IMG/VR virus record: IMGVR_UViG_3300045988_137040
DNA from: a virus
Direction: 5' to 3' (one strand)
DNA: 64,000 nt
Each line of letters begins with the position of its first letter. Within the stretch, counting starts at the first letter, position 1. The position numbers and the translations under genes are program-made. Positions 52,570-62,344 of this stretch are shown here, piece after piece. The notes under the pieces were generated by a model that made no database searches, was not told the DNA's origin, and saw only the letters and a program-made list of their open reading frames with translations.

Positions 52570-54489
52570 TCAGCTTTGCATTACCAGGTTTTTGAATCTC
52601 CCTCTCAGTCTTCCTCCTACTTTCCTTTCTCCCTCGGCTCCCATCTTGACACCGATAACGAGATCGTCGAAGGCATCGGTGATGTCGGTACGTGTACGTG
52701 GGTCACCGGCTACGCCGTCGGCACTCTTGTATTTCTCCAGGCTTTTATCCTTTTGGAAGTTGTTGAGCACGCCTGCGTTGTTGATAGCGGTAAGGAGATA
52801 CTGGCATCGTCCGCTCTCCTTACAGATGTAAACGCTCGGGGAAGTCTGGAAGGAGAAGACATCGCAGAACAATTGCCACTTGCGTTCATGACGCCACACG
52901 CTGAACTCCCCACGTGTGACTTTCCATCCATAGCTCTCCAGCTCCAAAACCATAACGTTGTCAAAGCGACTATCTTCAGAGCCTTCTACAGCGTATGCCG
53001 TAGCTCCACCTTGCTTGATGGTCTGCGTGTAATAGAAGATGACCTCCCCTGCCCCACCAGCCGCGCTGTTTCTTCTACGGAGGTACGGACGGTAGTAATT
53101 CGTAAACTCTCTCACGAGGCCACGCAACCGCACCTCGCCCTGCACGAAAAACTCATTCATGACGAGAAGGCTCGGCTTACCTTGATAGTTGACAGTCTGC
53201 CCTACCACCATGCAGCTCATGTCGTGGCCAGCGTCGATGGCGATACGTAATGGCTCGTCATAGCGCAAATCGAGGTCGCAAGAGCAATCCTCTCCCGCGC
53301 TCTGCATGGCGTCCATGTCAAGTGTCATATATTCAACATCGGTAGGCCACCGTTGCGCGTCGAGGAAACGTCCCTTTGTCTTATGGCTGAACTTGTCGAG
53401 GATAAGATCCGTACAGTCGGCACTCTCATAGGTGTTAAGCTCTTCGCTGAACTGGCAGTAGAAACCATCCGAAGCCTTGCCAGGCGGCTGACCGAGTATC
53501 TGCAGGCGGAACATCAGGTCTGGCAATTCTCGCTTCATGTCGCGCAGCCACGCCTCGCCACCAAGCATGGCGATGTTCTCAATGCTGCTGAACTGCCAAA
53601 AGACTTCAGACTTGGAACGTAAAAGATTGAGTTTGCGCAGGTAGTTGTCGTTACGTGACAAGGCAATGGCGGTCTTCGGGCTATGCTTCTCCAGGTATTT
53701 GAGTTCCGCGAGCATCTCGGCAATCTGTGCGTTGACGTCTTTAGTCTCATAGTCTTTTTCTTTCTCCCACTCGCATTGTTTCTGCGTCAGTCCCGCGTCG
53801 CTGACCCATAACTGACTGCAATAGTAAGGATTGATTTTAGGGTCTGTGCCGTAGCCCCACCGCTTGACTTCTGCCTTGCGTGCCGACAACGGCATGAAAT
53901 CGCCACGCAGGGTAGGCAATACCTCCTCCTTAACCCTTTGCCACGGGAGGTATTTCGTCTCGTCGCCGATAAGGAAAGCGAGGTTCAGACCGTTCGAGCT
54001 TCCCTTGACTGCCATGGAGAGCATCTGCACGACCACGCCATTGCTGAAGTGGACACAGTTTTCCCACACTCTCGGCTTGGCAAGAGGTACGTCCCAATGG
54101 AGCTTGGCGGGTGCCTGGCCAAGAAAATAAAATCCCTCGAAGCCTAACTGGTTGACAACCTTTAGCGCGTTGGGCATGGTACGGGTGTAAAGCTGTTTAG
54201 CGCTCGCCCCAACAAAACCACCCATCTGGCGAGGCATGCCGAGGACGCATTTCATCATGTGGCAACCTATATAAGAGGTCTTGCCAAAACCACGCGCGGC
54301 GCGTACTTTCGTGTTCCTCGCGCCAAAGTTGTAGACGTCAAGCTGGCCACGATGCATGTAGATTTTATGTACGCCGTCGCCGACAATATCCACCTCGCCA
54401 CCGTCTTGCCCCTGCTCCTCCATGCCGGGGAGCATACGAGCTTCAAGCTTGTCACTGCTCCTGCCTACGTTCGTCCCTACTCTCGTCAT
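52570..54489 (-). CDS. terL: terminase large subunit
   Basis: Walker A VRAARGFGKTS and Walker B LAFLIGDE. The C-terminal RNaseH-like LRIAIDAGHD is present. The size of 639 aa fits. Confidence 0.7.
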   Translation of the reverse strand: MTRVGTNVGRSSDKLEARMLPGMEEQGQDGGEVDIVGDGVHKIYMHRGQLDVYNFGARNTKVRAARGFGKTSYIGCHMMKCVLGMPRQMGGFVGASAKQLYTRTMPNALKVVNQLGFEGFYFLGQAPAKLHWDVPLAKPRVWENCVHFSNGVVVQMLSMAVKGSSNGLNLAFLIGDETKYLPWQRVKEEVLPTLRGDFMPLSARKAEVKRWGYGTDPKINPYYCSQLWVSDAGLTQKQCEWEKEKDYETKDVNAQIAEMLAELKYLEKHSPKTAIALSRNDNYLRKLNLLRSKSEVFWQFSSIENIAMLGGEAWLRDMKRELPDLMFRLQILGQPPGKASDGFYCQFSEELNTYESADCTDLILDKFSHKTKGRFLDAQRWPTDVEYMTLDMDAMQSAGEDCSCDLDLRYDEPLRIAIDAGHDMSCMVVGQTVNYQGKPSLLVMNEFFVQGEVRLRGLVREFTNYYRPYLRRRNSAAGGAGEVIFYYTQTIKQGGATAYAVEGSEDSRFDNVMVLELESYGWKVTRGEFSVWRHERKWQLFCDVFSFQTSPSVYICKESGRCQYLLTAINNAGVLNNFQKDKSLEKYKSADGVAGDPRTRTDITDAFDDLVIGVKMGAEGERKVGGRLRGRFKNLVMQS

Positions 54490-55147
54490 CGTTAATCACT
54501 TCACCTGGTTTATCCTTAACCTCGCCGCTACGCGCCTCCATCTTGGCAACTTCATCTTCCACCATCTTGCGCTTGTCGTCCACATAAGCACCATATTTCG
54601 CGGCAATGCGCTTCGTCTCTTCGTCGTCATAGTTCTCCTTTGTCTCGTCCACCTCCTTGATGTTCGTGACGACCACGGACGGGAGAAAAGAAACCTTATT
54701 GATGTCAGTCTTGTTGTCCTCTGGCTTGTCGAGACCCGCCACTTCAAAGAGACGCTTGCCACCCAGGTTGAGGGCGTTCACGTTGTCAGTCTCCATGCCA
54801 ATACGCAACATCTTCTCCGCGGCGACCTGCACTTTGACCTTAGCCTCGTTACGGCTCATCGGGCTTACGGTGTCACGTATAAACTTAAAGAGCAACACGT
54901 CTTTGGTCAAAGCGTGAGTCTCGGACGGCGCGTCGGCATAGGCGTGACTGTTCTTGATAATCTGCCGAAGCAATCCTTTATAGTCTACGGAGAACGGGTT
55001 GCGCAGCCACTGCCAATAAACGTGATCCACTCTCGCCAACCGTCGTTTCTGTTCTGCACGGAGGGAAAGGTCATCGATTGGCACGCCACTTTGGAAATGG
55101 AGCAATGAGCTTTTCATGAGCTCTGCTGATAATGATGATTCGTACAT
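54452..55147 (-). CDS. hypothetical protein; positional candidate for the small terminase subunit
   Basis: The ATG at 55147 is chosen (the track ORF runs to 55264). It overlaps the terL start by 38 nt. The C-terminus is an acidic coiled coil. Confidence 0.35.
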   Translation of the reverse strand: MYESSLSAELMKSSLLHFQSGVPIDDLSLRAEQKRRLARVDHVYWQWLRNPFSVDYKGLLRQIIKNSHAYADAPSETHALTKDVLLFKFIRDTVSPMSRNEAKVKVQVAAEKMLRIGMETDNVNALNLGGKRLFEVAGLDKPEDNKTDINKVSFLPSVVVTNIKEVDETKENYDDEETKRIAAKYGAYVDDKRKMVEDEVAKMEARSGEVKDKPGEVINDDESRDERRQEQ

Positions 55148-55203
55148 GATAATTTGAAATTTTATGATTATTGTTTTGCGGTTTCGCAAACATGTGCTTT
55201 TGT

Positions 55204-55252
55204 GCAACCGCATGGTCGTGCAACCGCACGGTTGCACGACCATGCGGTTATG
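55204..55252. repeat. 49-bp near-perfect palindrome built from TGCGGTT/AACCGCA units
   Basis: GCAACCGCATGGTCGTGCAACCG-CA-CGGTTGCACGACCATGCGGTT. It is intergenic, upstream of the terminase genes. Confidence 0.85.
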
Positions 55253-55256
55253 CAAA

Positions 55257-55610
55257 TTAATCACCTTCTTGCGATGGCTTCAAGGAGAGAGGTTTCGCTT
55301 CTTGCCATCCTGTCTCCTCCACATATCCGTCTTTCTCTTTTAAGTACATGACACGCTGACCATTTAACCAGTGCCACACGAACCCTTGTTCCAGAAGCAT
55401 CCTCTCTGCTTCCGGCCAAGGGTCTCCGATGTCAATGGTGGCTCGCATGCCCATGGCGTCTCGAAGTTGGCCTACATCCATGACCTCTACACCGAGGTTG
55501 AAATTAGGCCACGGCATCCAGCGACTCACAAATGAGAAGACCATCGTCTCTATGTTGCTTTTTGCGGAGTCAATATCCGTCACATACGTTGGTTTCTTGT
55601 CATTACTCAT
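55257..55610 (-). CDS. hypothetical protein
   Basis: 117-aa ORF. Confidence 0.65.
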   Translation of the reverse strand: MSNDKKPTYVTDIDSAKSNIETMVFSFVSRWMPWPNFNLGVEVMDVGQLRDAMGMRATIDIGDPWPEAERMLLEQGFVWHWLNGQRVMYLKEKDGYVEETGWQEAKPLSLKPSQEGD

Positions 55611-55632
55611 GATTTTCCCTTTTGATTTTATG

Positions 55633-55700
55633 TTACACGGTTGTGCGGTTACACGACTATGCAGCTATGCGGCTATGCGGTTACACGACTATGCGACTCG
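55633..55700. repeat. TGCGGTT-type motif cluster with an 18-bp direct repeat (GCGGTTACACGACTATGC, 2 copies)
   Basis: Read directly from the sequence; intergenic. Confidence 0.8.
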
Positions 55701-55707
55701 AATAAGG

Positions 55708-56217
55708 CTAAACGTATAAGCCCTTGTCAACACATAGGTTCAACGGCTCTTCTCTTGTGAACTGTACGAGGACGGCAAACCAGCCGTTTTCCAAAGGTCC
55801 AACGGATTGATAAGAAACGTCGGTATCGTCGAGGGCGATACGCGCGTAGTCGCCGTCCATCTTCCCCTCGTTTATTTCTTTGTCGTGCTTGTCGAGGAGC
55901 CACGCCACGAAGTTGCGGGCATGATGCAACGCCTCTTGCTTTGCCACGGCAGCGTCATTGCCGTCTGCCATCTTGTTTGCTCGGACGAAGAAATAAACCG
56001 GGTAATTGAACTCTGGCCTGCGGATTGAGCCCCTGTCGCTCTCTATGGTGCTCTCCATCACGACACATGGCGACTGCATGTTACTTATGCCTTTGGCCAT
56101 CTCAACCACTCCCTTCCACGAGTCGGTGAACATGAACCGTATGTTCCCATTGTTCGGATTATGCAGCATATACATGTACCGTGAACACCAATGCTCTACT
56201 ATTGAATAGAATGTCAT
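55708..56217 (-). CDS. hypothetical protein (possible head-completion/neck protein by position)
   Basis: 169-aa ORF. Confidence 0.6.
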   Translation of the reverse strand: MTFYSIVEHWCSRYMYMLHNPNNGNIRFMFTDSWKGVVEMAKGISNMQSPCVVMESTIESDRGSIRRPEFNYPVYFFVRANKMADGNDAAVAKQEALHHARNFVAWLLDKHDKEINEGKMDGDYARIALDDTDVSYQSVGPLENGWFAVLVQFTREEPLNLCVDKGLYV

Positions 56218-56242
56218 GTCTCTTAAAATCTATGTTCTTGAT

Positions 56243-56277
56243 TATGCAACCGCATGGTTGTGCGGTTGGGCGGTTGC
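56243..56277. repeat. TGCGGTT-type motif cluster
   Basis: TATGCAACCGCATGGTTGTGCGGTTGGGCGGTTGC, intergenic. Confidence 0.75.
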
Positions 56278-56285
56278 TTGATTTG

Positions 56286-57347
56286 TTACTTGGGGATTCT
56301 GATTTTATAAAACGCCGCAGTCTTTTTCATGCTCTCAGAAAGTTCCACGCCGAGCCCTATCAGTTCTTTAGCGTTCTCTTTCCATTGTTTCTTATGTTCA
56401 GGCGTGCCGGCAGGTCTTGGGTCCCGCAGCCACTTTTGGAGGTATTTAACACGTGCGGCTTTTTCCTCGTCGGTATATATCTTCGATGGCGCGCGTTTCT
56501 TTTTGTGTCTTGTTTGACGTTCACCATCCTGTCCCTTGTCAATACTCGGAGTTCGTGTCTCATCCGCCACCTTGCCGTTCTCGTCAAGGACATGCGCCAT
56601 GCCTAAATCATCCACGACAACACGTCCGGTGCTCGCCACTTTATCCCATTCTTTATCGAGCTCCCTTCTGAGGTCACCAATTCCCTTGTCGAGCGCCACG
56701 GCAGTTTTAGCCCATCGCTCCCTTTCTGTAGCCGTGGCTCCAACGTCATCCATGAGCAACCGCATGTTTCCGCGAGCAGTTCCAAGGTCTTTCATCATCT
56801 GACCATAATTAGCCGCACGCTTCCGCGTCTCCTCTGGTAACAAATGTGCGTATTGGTCAATATGCTTCGGGCGAGGGACAGCCGCCCCAACCTCAGTGAC
56901 GACAGCGTTTATTTTTGCGGTTGTGCTGTCTTGCGGTTGCACGACCGTGCAACTTTGCGGTTGTGCAGCCAACGTGGTATCATGCCCTGGTGTTGGCTTT
57001 ACTCCTGGTCTTTGCAGACATTGTGTGAGGACATCTATAATACGGTGTATGCTGCGCTTGGCAGCCTTGGTATAAATCATGGTGGGTAGCCACGTGTCGA
57101 CAATTCCCGCAAAGGGAGTCATTAGGCGCACGCCCTCGTTGAAGGCGTCTTGGGCGTCGGTAGACCAGCCACCGCACACTTGCTCAACGCTCATTATCCT
57201 CGCCGACGGTTCATTGGCTTTAGGCAAAAGGATATTGGCTTCCTGCTTCAGCCACTCCCCTACCCTCTTAGAGAGGTCTTGCTTTTCGCCTTCCGTCATG
57301 TTGCTCACTCTTCTAAGCCACTCGTTAGACGCTATCCGGTATATCAT
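56286..57347 (-). CDS. hypothetical protein
   Basis: 353-aa ORF. It contains an in-frame TGCGGTT motif cluster at 56914-56970. Confidence 0.7.
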   Translation of the reverse strand: MIYRIASNEWLRRVSNMTEGEKQDLSKRVGEWLKQEANILLPKANEPSARIMSVEQVCGGWSTDAQDAFNEGVRLMTPFAGIVDTWLPTMIYTKAAKRSIHRIIDVLTQCLQRPGVKPTPGHDTTLAAQPQSCTVVQPQDSTTAKINAVVTEVGAAVPRPKHIDQYAHLLPEETRKRAANYGQMMKDLGTARGNMRLLMDDVGATATERERWAKTAVALDKGIGDLRRELDKEWDKVASTGRVVVDDLGMAHVLDENGKVADETRTPSIDKGQDGERQTRHKKKRAPSKIYTDEEKAARVKYLQKWLRDPRPAGTPEHKKQWKENAKELIGLGVELSESMKKTAAFYKIRIPK

Positions 57348-57448
57348 ATTGATAGTATATAATTGTTTTATGGGCTAAAGATAATACAGACGTGACAAGT
57401 AGGCAAGGGCAAGGGCAAGAGTTCTCATTATTAAAAATGTTTAATATT

Positions 57449-57590
57449 ATGCGGTTTTGCGGTCGCACGGTTGTGCGGTTGCAGAATTTTCAATAACTTT
57501 GCATCGCTACAACAAAACAAGACCGTTCGATTTTGTGGTTACACAGTCGCACAACCGCATAATTGCAGTAACTTGCGGTCGCACATCTGC
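57449..57590. repeat. TGCGGTT-type motif array upstream of parA (candidate centromere/operator)
   Basis: At least 7 units, for example TGCGGTTTTGCGGTCGCACGGTTGTGCGGTTGCA ... GCACAACCGCA ... TGCGGTCGCAC. Confidence 0.6.
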
Positions 57591-57621
57591 GCATATTCAT
57601 ATTTTATATAAAGCTACATTT

Positions 57622-58488
57622 ATGAGTAAGGTAAAATCTACACATCTCCGGCACATAGTTGCCGTGAGCAACAACAAGGGTGGGGCAGGGAAGACCACCA
57701 CGGTATTGAACCTCGCTGCGGCAATCGCGCGCAAAGGCTACCACGTGCTTGTCATCGACACTGACCCTCAATGCAACCTCTCGCTCTCTGTAGGATGGGA
57801 CACGACAAGAGAGGGCACGCGAACCAAACCTGGCGAGCCGACTATCTTCAATGCGATATGCCTCGGACAGAACATCCCCGTCTATCGCAATGAGACAGGG
57901 TTGTACTATACGCCGTCATCTCCGCGCATGGAAGACGCCGACATCCACTTGAACAGCTCTGAGGTGACAGACCCTGTGCGTGTGTTGAAGATGCTCTTCG
58001 CTGAACCTATAGACGACCACACGGGCGAGGGCTTGAAAGAGTGGGAAAGCAGCTTCGACTTCATCTTCATCGACACACAGCCTGCCATGAGCCGAGTCAC
58101 GGTCAACGTGATATGCGCGGCCACGGGTATCATCATACCAGTTGAACTGGAGCCGTTGGCCGTTGACGGCTATGTCAAGACCATCGGTAAAATCATGAAG
58201 ATTAAAAAGGTGAGCAATCCATCCCTGCAAATCCACGGTATCCTGCTCACCAAGAAAGACCGACGACTGGTAAGCGCACGGAGTTTCGAGGAACAACTGC
58301 GTGAGGAGGGAGACGTTTTCGAGACGACCATCAGCCGCACCAACGATGTGCCCAACTCGCAAGACCGGGACTACGACGAACGGCCCGGTATCTGTCACGA
58401 CATCTTCAGCTACCAAAAAGGCAGAGGACGTGCCAAGGAAGATTTCACCAACCTTGCCGAAGAGTATATCAAGAAGTGGGGAAAGTAA
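57622..58488 (+). CDS. parA: ParA-family partition ATPase
   Basis: Deviant Walker A VSNNKGGAGKTTT, then VIDTDPQ. The ATG at 57622 is chosen (the track ORF starts at 57457 inside the repeat array). Confidence 0.85.
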   Translation: MSKVKSTHLRHIVAVSNNKGGAGKTTTVLNLAAAIARKGYHVLVIDTDPQCNLSLSVGWDTTREGTRTKPGEPTIFNAICLGQNIPVYRNETGLYYTPSSPRMEDADIHLNSSEVTDPVRVLKMLFAEPIDDHTGEGLKEWESSFDFIFIDTQPAMSRVTVNVICAATGIIIPVELEPLAVDGYVKTIGKIMKIKKVSNPSLQIHGILLTKKDRRLVSARSFEEQLREEGDVFETTISRTNDVPNSQDRDYDERPGICHDIFSYQKGRGRAKEDFTNLAEEYIKKWGK

Positions 58489-58645
58489 CACAACCGCACG
58501 ACCATGCAACTGCATAACTGCAATAATATGCAACCACTTAACTACATAACCGCATAGTTGAGCAGTTGGGCAGTTACTAAAACACACGTATGTGCAACTA
58601 TGTGGTTGCATAGTTGTGTGGTCGCACAGATAAGCAACCGCAAAA
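58489..58645. repeat. TGCGGTT-type motif array downstream of parA
   Basis: CACAACCGCACGACCATGCAAC ... ATAACCGCATAGTTG ... TGTGGTTGCATAGTTGTGTGGTCGCACAGATAAGCAACCGCA. Confidence 0.6.
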
Positions 58646-58655
58646 AACATAAGAT

Positions 58656-59030
58656 ATGAACAAGAAAGAAAAACCGCAGCGCAGATCGCTAAACGCAAGA
58701 ATAGACGCAGAGTTGGCAAGCGCAGAAAACATACCGTTGGCAGGAATGACCAGAGAGCCAGCAAAACCAGTGAAAACTCCATCGCAGAGCTCAACTTTGG
58801 GGCGGGGTGGGGGAGAGCCTATAGCAACCAAGAAGGCAACGACCATCATGCCCAAGGATGTGTTCGTGGCCCTGCAACGCTATTGCATCAACAAGGACAC
58901 GCCCAAGCACCGTGCGCTCTATTTCTTCATCCTTGACGGACTGCATGCCGCTGGGGAAATCAATGATGCCGACTATCAACGCTTCCGCGATATGGCCGAG
59001 CAGATAACTACGACATACGAAAAGAAGTAA
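58656..59030 (+). CDS. small DNA-binding protein, candidate centromere-binding partner of ParA (RHH-like)
   Basis: 124 aa, placed directly after parA. It has a basic disordered N-terminus followed by TTIMPKDVFVALQRYCI. Confidence 0.45.
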   Translation: MNKKEKPQRRSLNARIDAELASAENIPLAGMTREPAKPVKTPSQSSTLGRGGGEPIATKKATTIMPKDVFVALQRYCINKDTPKHRALYFFILDGLHAAGEINDADYQRFRDMAEQITTTYEKK

Positions 59031-59043
59031 ACAATCAAGACAA

Positions 59044-59478
59044 ATGAAACAAGAAAAATTATTTACTATTCTCATGCTCCTCTTCCTGAGCATGATGGCC
59101 ATCAGCTTCGCCGCGTGCAGCAGCAGCGACGACGAAGAGGACGACGGATCGCAACGTTACAAGAATCAAATCATCGGAACATGGTATTGCGACCGCGTTT
59201 CGTATGTGTTCGAGTCGGACGGCACCGGATGGTCTAACAGCGACAGCTGGGACGTTATTGCCCACTTCAAGTACACCATCGAGGGGCAAGGCGTGCAGAT
59301 GCATCAGTTCACCTACGTTAACACCACCACTGGCAGTCTTTGGTACGGCGAGGACCAATCCGCTTCCTACAATCCTGAGCAGAACACCATGCGCATCGAA
59401 GGACGTGTCTTCACGCGTCAGAAGCCGACACACAAACCGCCCACAGAGGAGCCGGTGGACACCGTGGTGACGGAGTAG
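59044..59478 (+). CDS. lipoprotein
   Basis: Signal plus lipobox LFLSMMAISFAAC, followed by an acidic linker SSSDDEEDD. Confidence 0.7.
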   Translation: MKQEKLFTILMLLFLSMMAISFAACSSSDDEEDDGSQRYKNQIIGTWYCDRVSYVFESDGTGWSNSDSWDVIAHFKYTIEGQGVQMHQFTYVNTTTGSLWYGEDQSASYNPEQNTMRIEGRVFTRQKPTHKPPTEEPVDTVVTE

Positions 59479-59513
59479 GGTAGGGCGTCCATCATCACAC
59501 CCGACACTTCAAC

Positions 59514-59544
59514 GGCAAGGAGCGTGGCTCCTTGCCTTTTTTTG
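59514..59544 (+). terminator. intrinsic terminator
   Basis: GGCAAGGAGC-GTG-GCTCCTTGCC followed by TTTTTTT. Confidence 0.8.
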
Positions 59545-59800
59545 TTTGGCACTCACATCTATAGCCGACACTTCCGTTTTTGTCGGGATTTTCAACTTGC
59601 TAAATACTTCTAACTCAAAGGTTTACAAATTTAGCTATTTCTAATTATTCTTTGAAGTTACTAATTTGTCGGTAAAGCTATAAATCTGTCATCAAAGTTG
59701 TGTTTTTCCGACCGACCTAATTATTAGGCAGTTACGGCTATATATTTGGATTATACTATATCGACCACTCTATATATCAACAACTTATGGACTTTGCCAA

Positions 59801-60192
59801 ATTGAGGACAGATTAACAGCTAAAAGAAAAAATCAAAAATACTCGATTCTTATTATATAATTATTGGTATAGATAGTATATAGTATATAAGGCTTTGTAA
59901 CTTATTGATAATCAAATAATAGCAAGGTGAATTGAGGACAGATTAATAGCTTTTTGAGGACAGATTAATAGGTTTCGGGGGACAGATTAATAGCTTTTTG
60001 AGGACGGATTAATAGGTATTATCTATGAATTGAGGACAAATTAATAGCTTTGGAAACTCCGACAAATAGGTAACTCCATATTATTGAGGACAATTTTATA
60101 GCTTTATCAATTATTTAAGGAGTGCTAAAATTCAAAACTATCTGAAAATAAACACGTAAAGCCTTGTGTAATTGAGGACAAATTTATAACTT
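59801..60192. repeat. iteron array (8 copies of about 20 bp, ATTGAGGACAGATTAATAGCT) = plasmid-type origin
   Basis: Copies begin near 59801, 59931, 59954, 59977, 59998, 60028, 60083 and 60171. The array is directly upstream of rep. Confidence 0.85.
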
Positions 60193-60194
60193 TG
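60163..60194 (+). promoter_or_regulatory. rep promoter overlapping the last iteron
   Basis: CTTG-N20-TAACTTTG. The spacer and -7 box lie inside iteron 8. Confidence 0.5.
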
Positions 60195-60257
60195 CCAACA
60201 AATGGTAAAAGACATGGCTACAACTGTCCGAGCTACCACACATTAAAAGCTACAAAC

Positions 60258-61469
60258 ATGGCAAGAAAATCACGAAAGGCTGAGCAGCTCAAGCAAGAGT
60301 TGTTGAGCACAGTGCAGCAGCAGGAGCTGATTACTCAGCCTGTTACCTTCGCTTACATCAAAGGTGAGATGTCAGTGATGCAGGCACGTATTCAGACAAT
60401 CATCATGGAGAAGCTGCAACTGCGCATCGCAAAGTTCTTAAAGGAGAGGGCGCATGATGGCTTTGCTGGATGCTTATTCTCCGATGAAGATTTCGCCCCG
60501 CTCAAGGGGGAAAATGACAAGAGCAGGTATCTCACGTTCAGTGTGAAATACTCAGAGCTCGGCATACCGTCGGCAAATTACCGCTACGTCTCGGACGCTG
60601 CGAGAGCCATGCAGGGCTCTTTGGTATATGAAAAAAGCATTGTTGACGACGGAAAGACTTATAAGCGATATATCGTTGCTTTTCCCGTAGTCGATGTCCC
60701 GGACGAGAGCCTTGGAGAGCGACGCACTGACATCAAGCTCCACATGACAGAGAGCACTGCAAAATATCTCTTCCGTATTACGCCCTATCACCGATACCTT
60801 AAAGACGCGGTGTTTCTATTCAACAGCGGATATACGGGCAGGATATATCTGCTTATCAATGCCAATAAGCAGTTGGGTACATGGAATATTGACTACGACG
60901 AGCTGCGCAAGATACTCCTTACCACCTATGACAAAGAAAATGATAAATATGTCTGTGACAAATACCCTGATATTAGGGATTTCAAGCGCCGTGTCCTCGA
61001 ACCGGCCCGCAAGGAAATCATGGAGGTCGCAAAACGTATTGACTGCACTTTCGACTACGAAATAAAAAAGAAGCGTGGCTCGAATGAGAACATCAAGATA
61101 GTTTTCCATATCCACCTCACAGACCTCGGAAAGAACATCAAGCAGGGGCAGCTGGAAAGCCAGGAGGCCGTGACGCTGCGCAATGCGCTGATGAACCTGC
61201 ATATCACCATCACCGACGCAAACAGGTTGATGAAGCAAGTCTCCGCCGAGCAATATCCAGCTCTAACCAACAAGGCAAGAGAACTGATGAAATACTACCA
61301 AGACGTCAGAGAGGGGAGGGCAAAGGGAGTCTCAATCAAGGACTACCGAGCCCATGCCGTTAAGTCCCTTCAAAACATTATCTTAGGAAAAGGCAACTTC
61401 TTCAGCGAAGCCGTCGAGATAAATGACAAGCCTATTTCAGAACCCCAAAAATCATTAAACGAATGGTAA
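60258..61469 (+). CDS. rep: iteron-type plasmid replication initiator (Rep)
   Basis: 403 aa from the ATG at 60258. Its position behind the iterons supports the call. The family (Rep_3/RepB-like) is inferred from context more than from motifs. Confidence 0.65.
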   Translation: MARKSRKAEQLKQELLSTVQQQELITQPVTFAYIKGEMSVMQARIQTIIMEKLQLRIAKFLKERAHDGFAGCLFSDEDFAPLKGENDKSRYLTFSVKYSELGIPSANYRYVSDAARAMQGSLVYEKSIVDDGKTYKRYIVAFPVVDVPDESLGERRTDIKLHMTESTAKYLFRITPYHRYLKDAVFLFNSGYTGRIYLLINANKQLGTWNIDYDELRKILLTTYDKENDKYVCDKYPDIRDFKRRVLEPARKEIMEVAKRIDCTFDYEIKKKRGSNENIKIVFHIHLTDLGKNIKQGQLESQEAVTLRNALMNLHITITDANRLMKQVSAEQYPALTNKARELMKYYQDVREGRAKGVSIKDYRAHAVKSLQNIILGKGNFFSEAVEINDKPISEPQKSLNEW

Positions 61470-62341
61470 GAACAACGAAACCCAATTATACCGCCCTCTG
61501 GCAGCAGTGCCTTAACTATATCCGTGACCGTTACCCTAAGGGCGAGAAGTACGACCACTGGTTCAACGTCTGGTACGGCGACGTGAAGTTTGAGAGCTAT
61601 GATGCCGACAAACGTCAGTTGCGTATCAACGTGCCGTCGAAGTATGTGTACGAGTACCTCGAGACGCACCAACTGGAAACGCTCAATGAGGCTCTGCGGG
61701 CCACTTTTAAGGAACAGGTGGTGCTGTCCTACCATATAGCTCCGCAAGAGCCGTCATTCGCTGATATGGCTGCTTACCTGCAACGGCAGTCGGGTGGGGT
61801 AGGACAGGGTAAAATCCATATCCATATCGACAACGCAAGAGAACGGTTGGAAGATGGTTTGAAATACTATCTGAAGGATAAACCTGTCACATGGCTACCG
61901 GGTTATGAGCATATCGTCCGATGGTTGACCGACAACGACAACCGGGGACTGTTGTGTTTCGGCTATTCGGGGGTGGGAAAAACATTGATATGTCAAAAGA
62001 TTCTTCCGATACTGATAGGCCGGCCCGTTGTCAGTGTCAGGGCAACAGACCTGCACGACCGTCTCGAAGAGCTGAAGCGTGAGCGCATCGTCGTCATCGA
62101 CGACCTCGGCAAGGAGCCACGCAAACACTATGGCGACACCGACCAGAGTTTCTACGAGTTGTGCGACAATGCCGAGCATACTGGCAACATCCTTATCATC
62201 ACCACGAACCTCTCCACCAATACCGTTGACGACCCACACTATCCCGACAGCATAAAGAACCGCTATGGTGAAGAAGTTTTTACCCGGCTGAAGGCCATCA
62301 CTCACACCGCACGTATTGAAGCCGAGAGCCTGCGCGAGTGA
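61463..62341 (+). CDS. AAA+ ATPase with a DnaA-N-like N-terminus (DnaC/IstB-like helicase loader candidate)
   Basis: Walker A GYSGVGKTL and Walker B RIVVIDDLG. 7-nt overlap with rep. Confidence 0.65.
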   Translation: MVRTTKPNYTALWQQCLNYIRDRYPKGEKYDHWFNVWYGDVKFESYDADKRQLRINVPSKYVYEYLETHQLETLNEALRATFKEQVVLSYHIAPQEPSFADMAAYLQRQSGGVGQGKIHIHIDNARERLEDGLKYYLKDKPVTWLPGYEHIVRWLTDNDNRGLLCFGYSGVGKTLICQKILPILIGRPVVSVRATDLHDRLEELKRERIVVIDDLGKEPRKHYGDTDQSFYELCDNAEHTGNILIITTNLSTNTVDDPHYPDSIKNRYGEEVFTRLKAITHTARIEAESLRE

Positions 62342-62344
62342 TAT

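Noticed and set aside
59801-60192. CRISPR array (also considered for 5239-5318 and 22528-22578)
   Set aside because: The repeats are 12-21 bp, are contiguous or irregularly spaced, and have no unique spacers of constant length. There are no cas genes. They fit iterons or tandem repeats.
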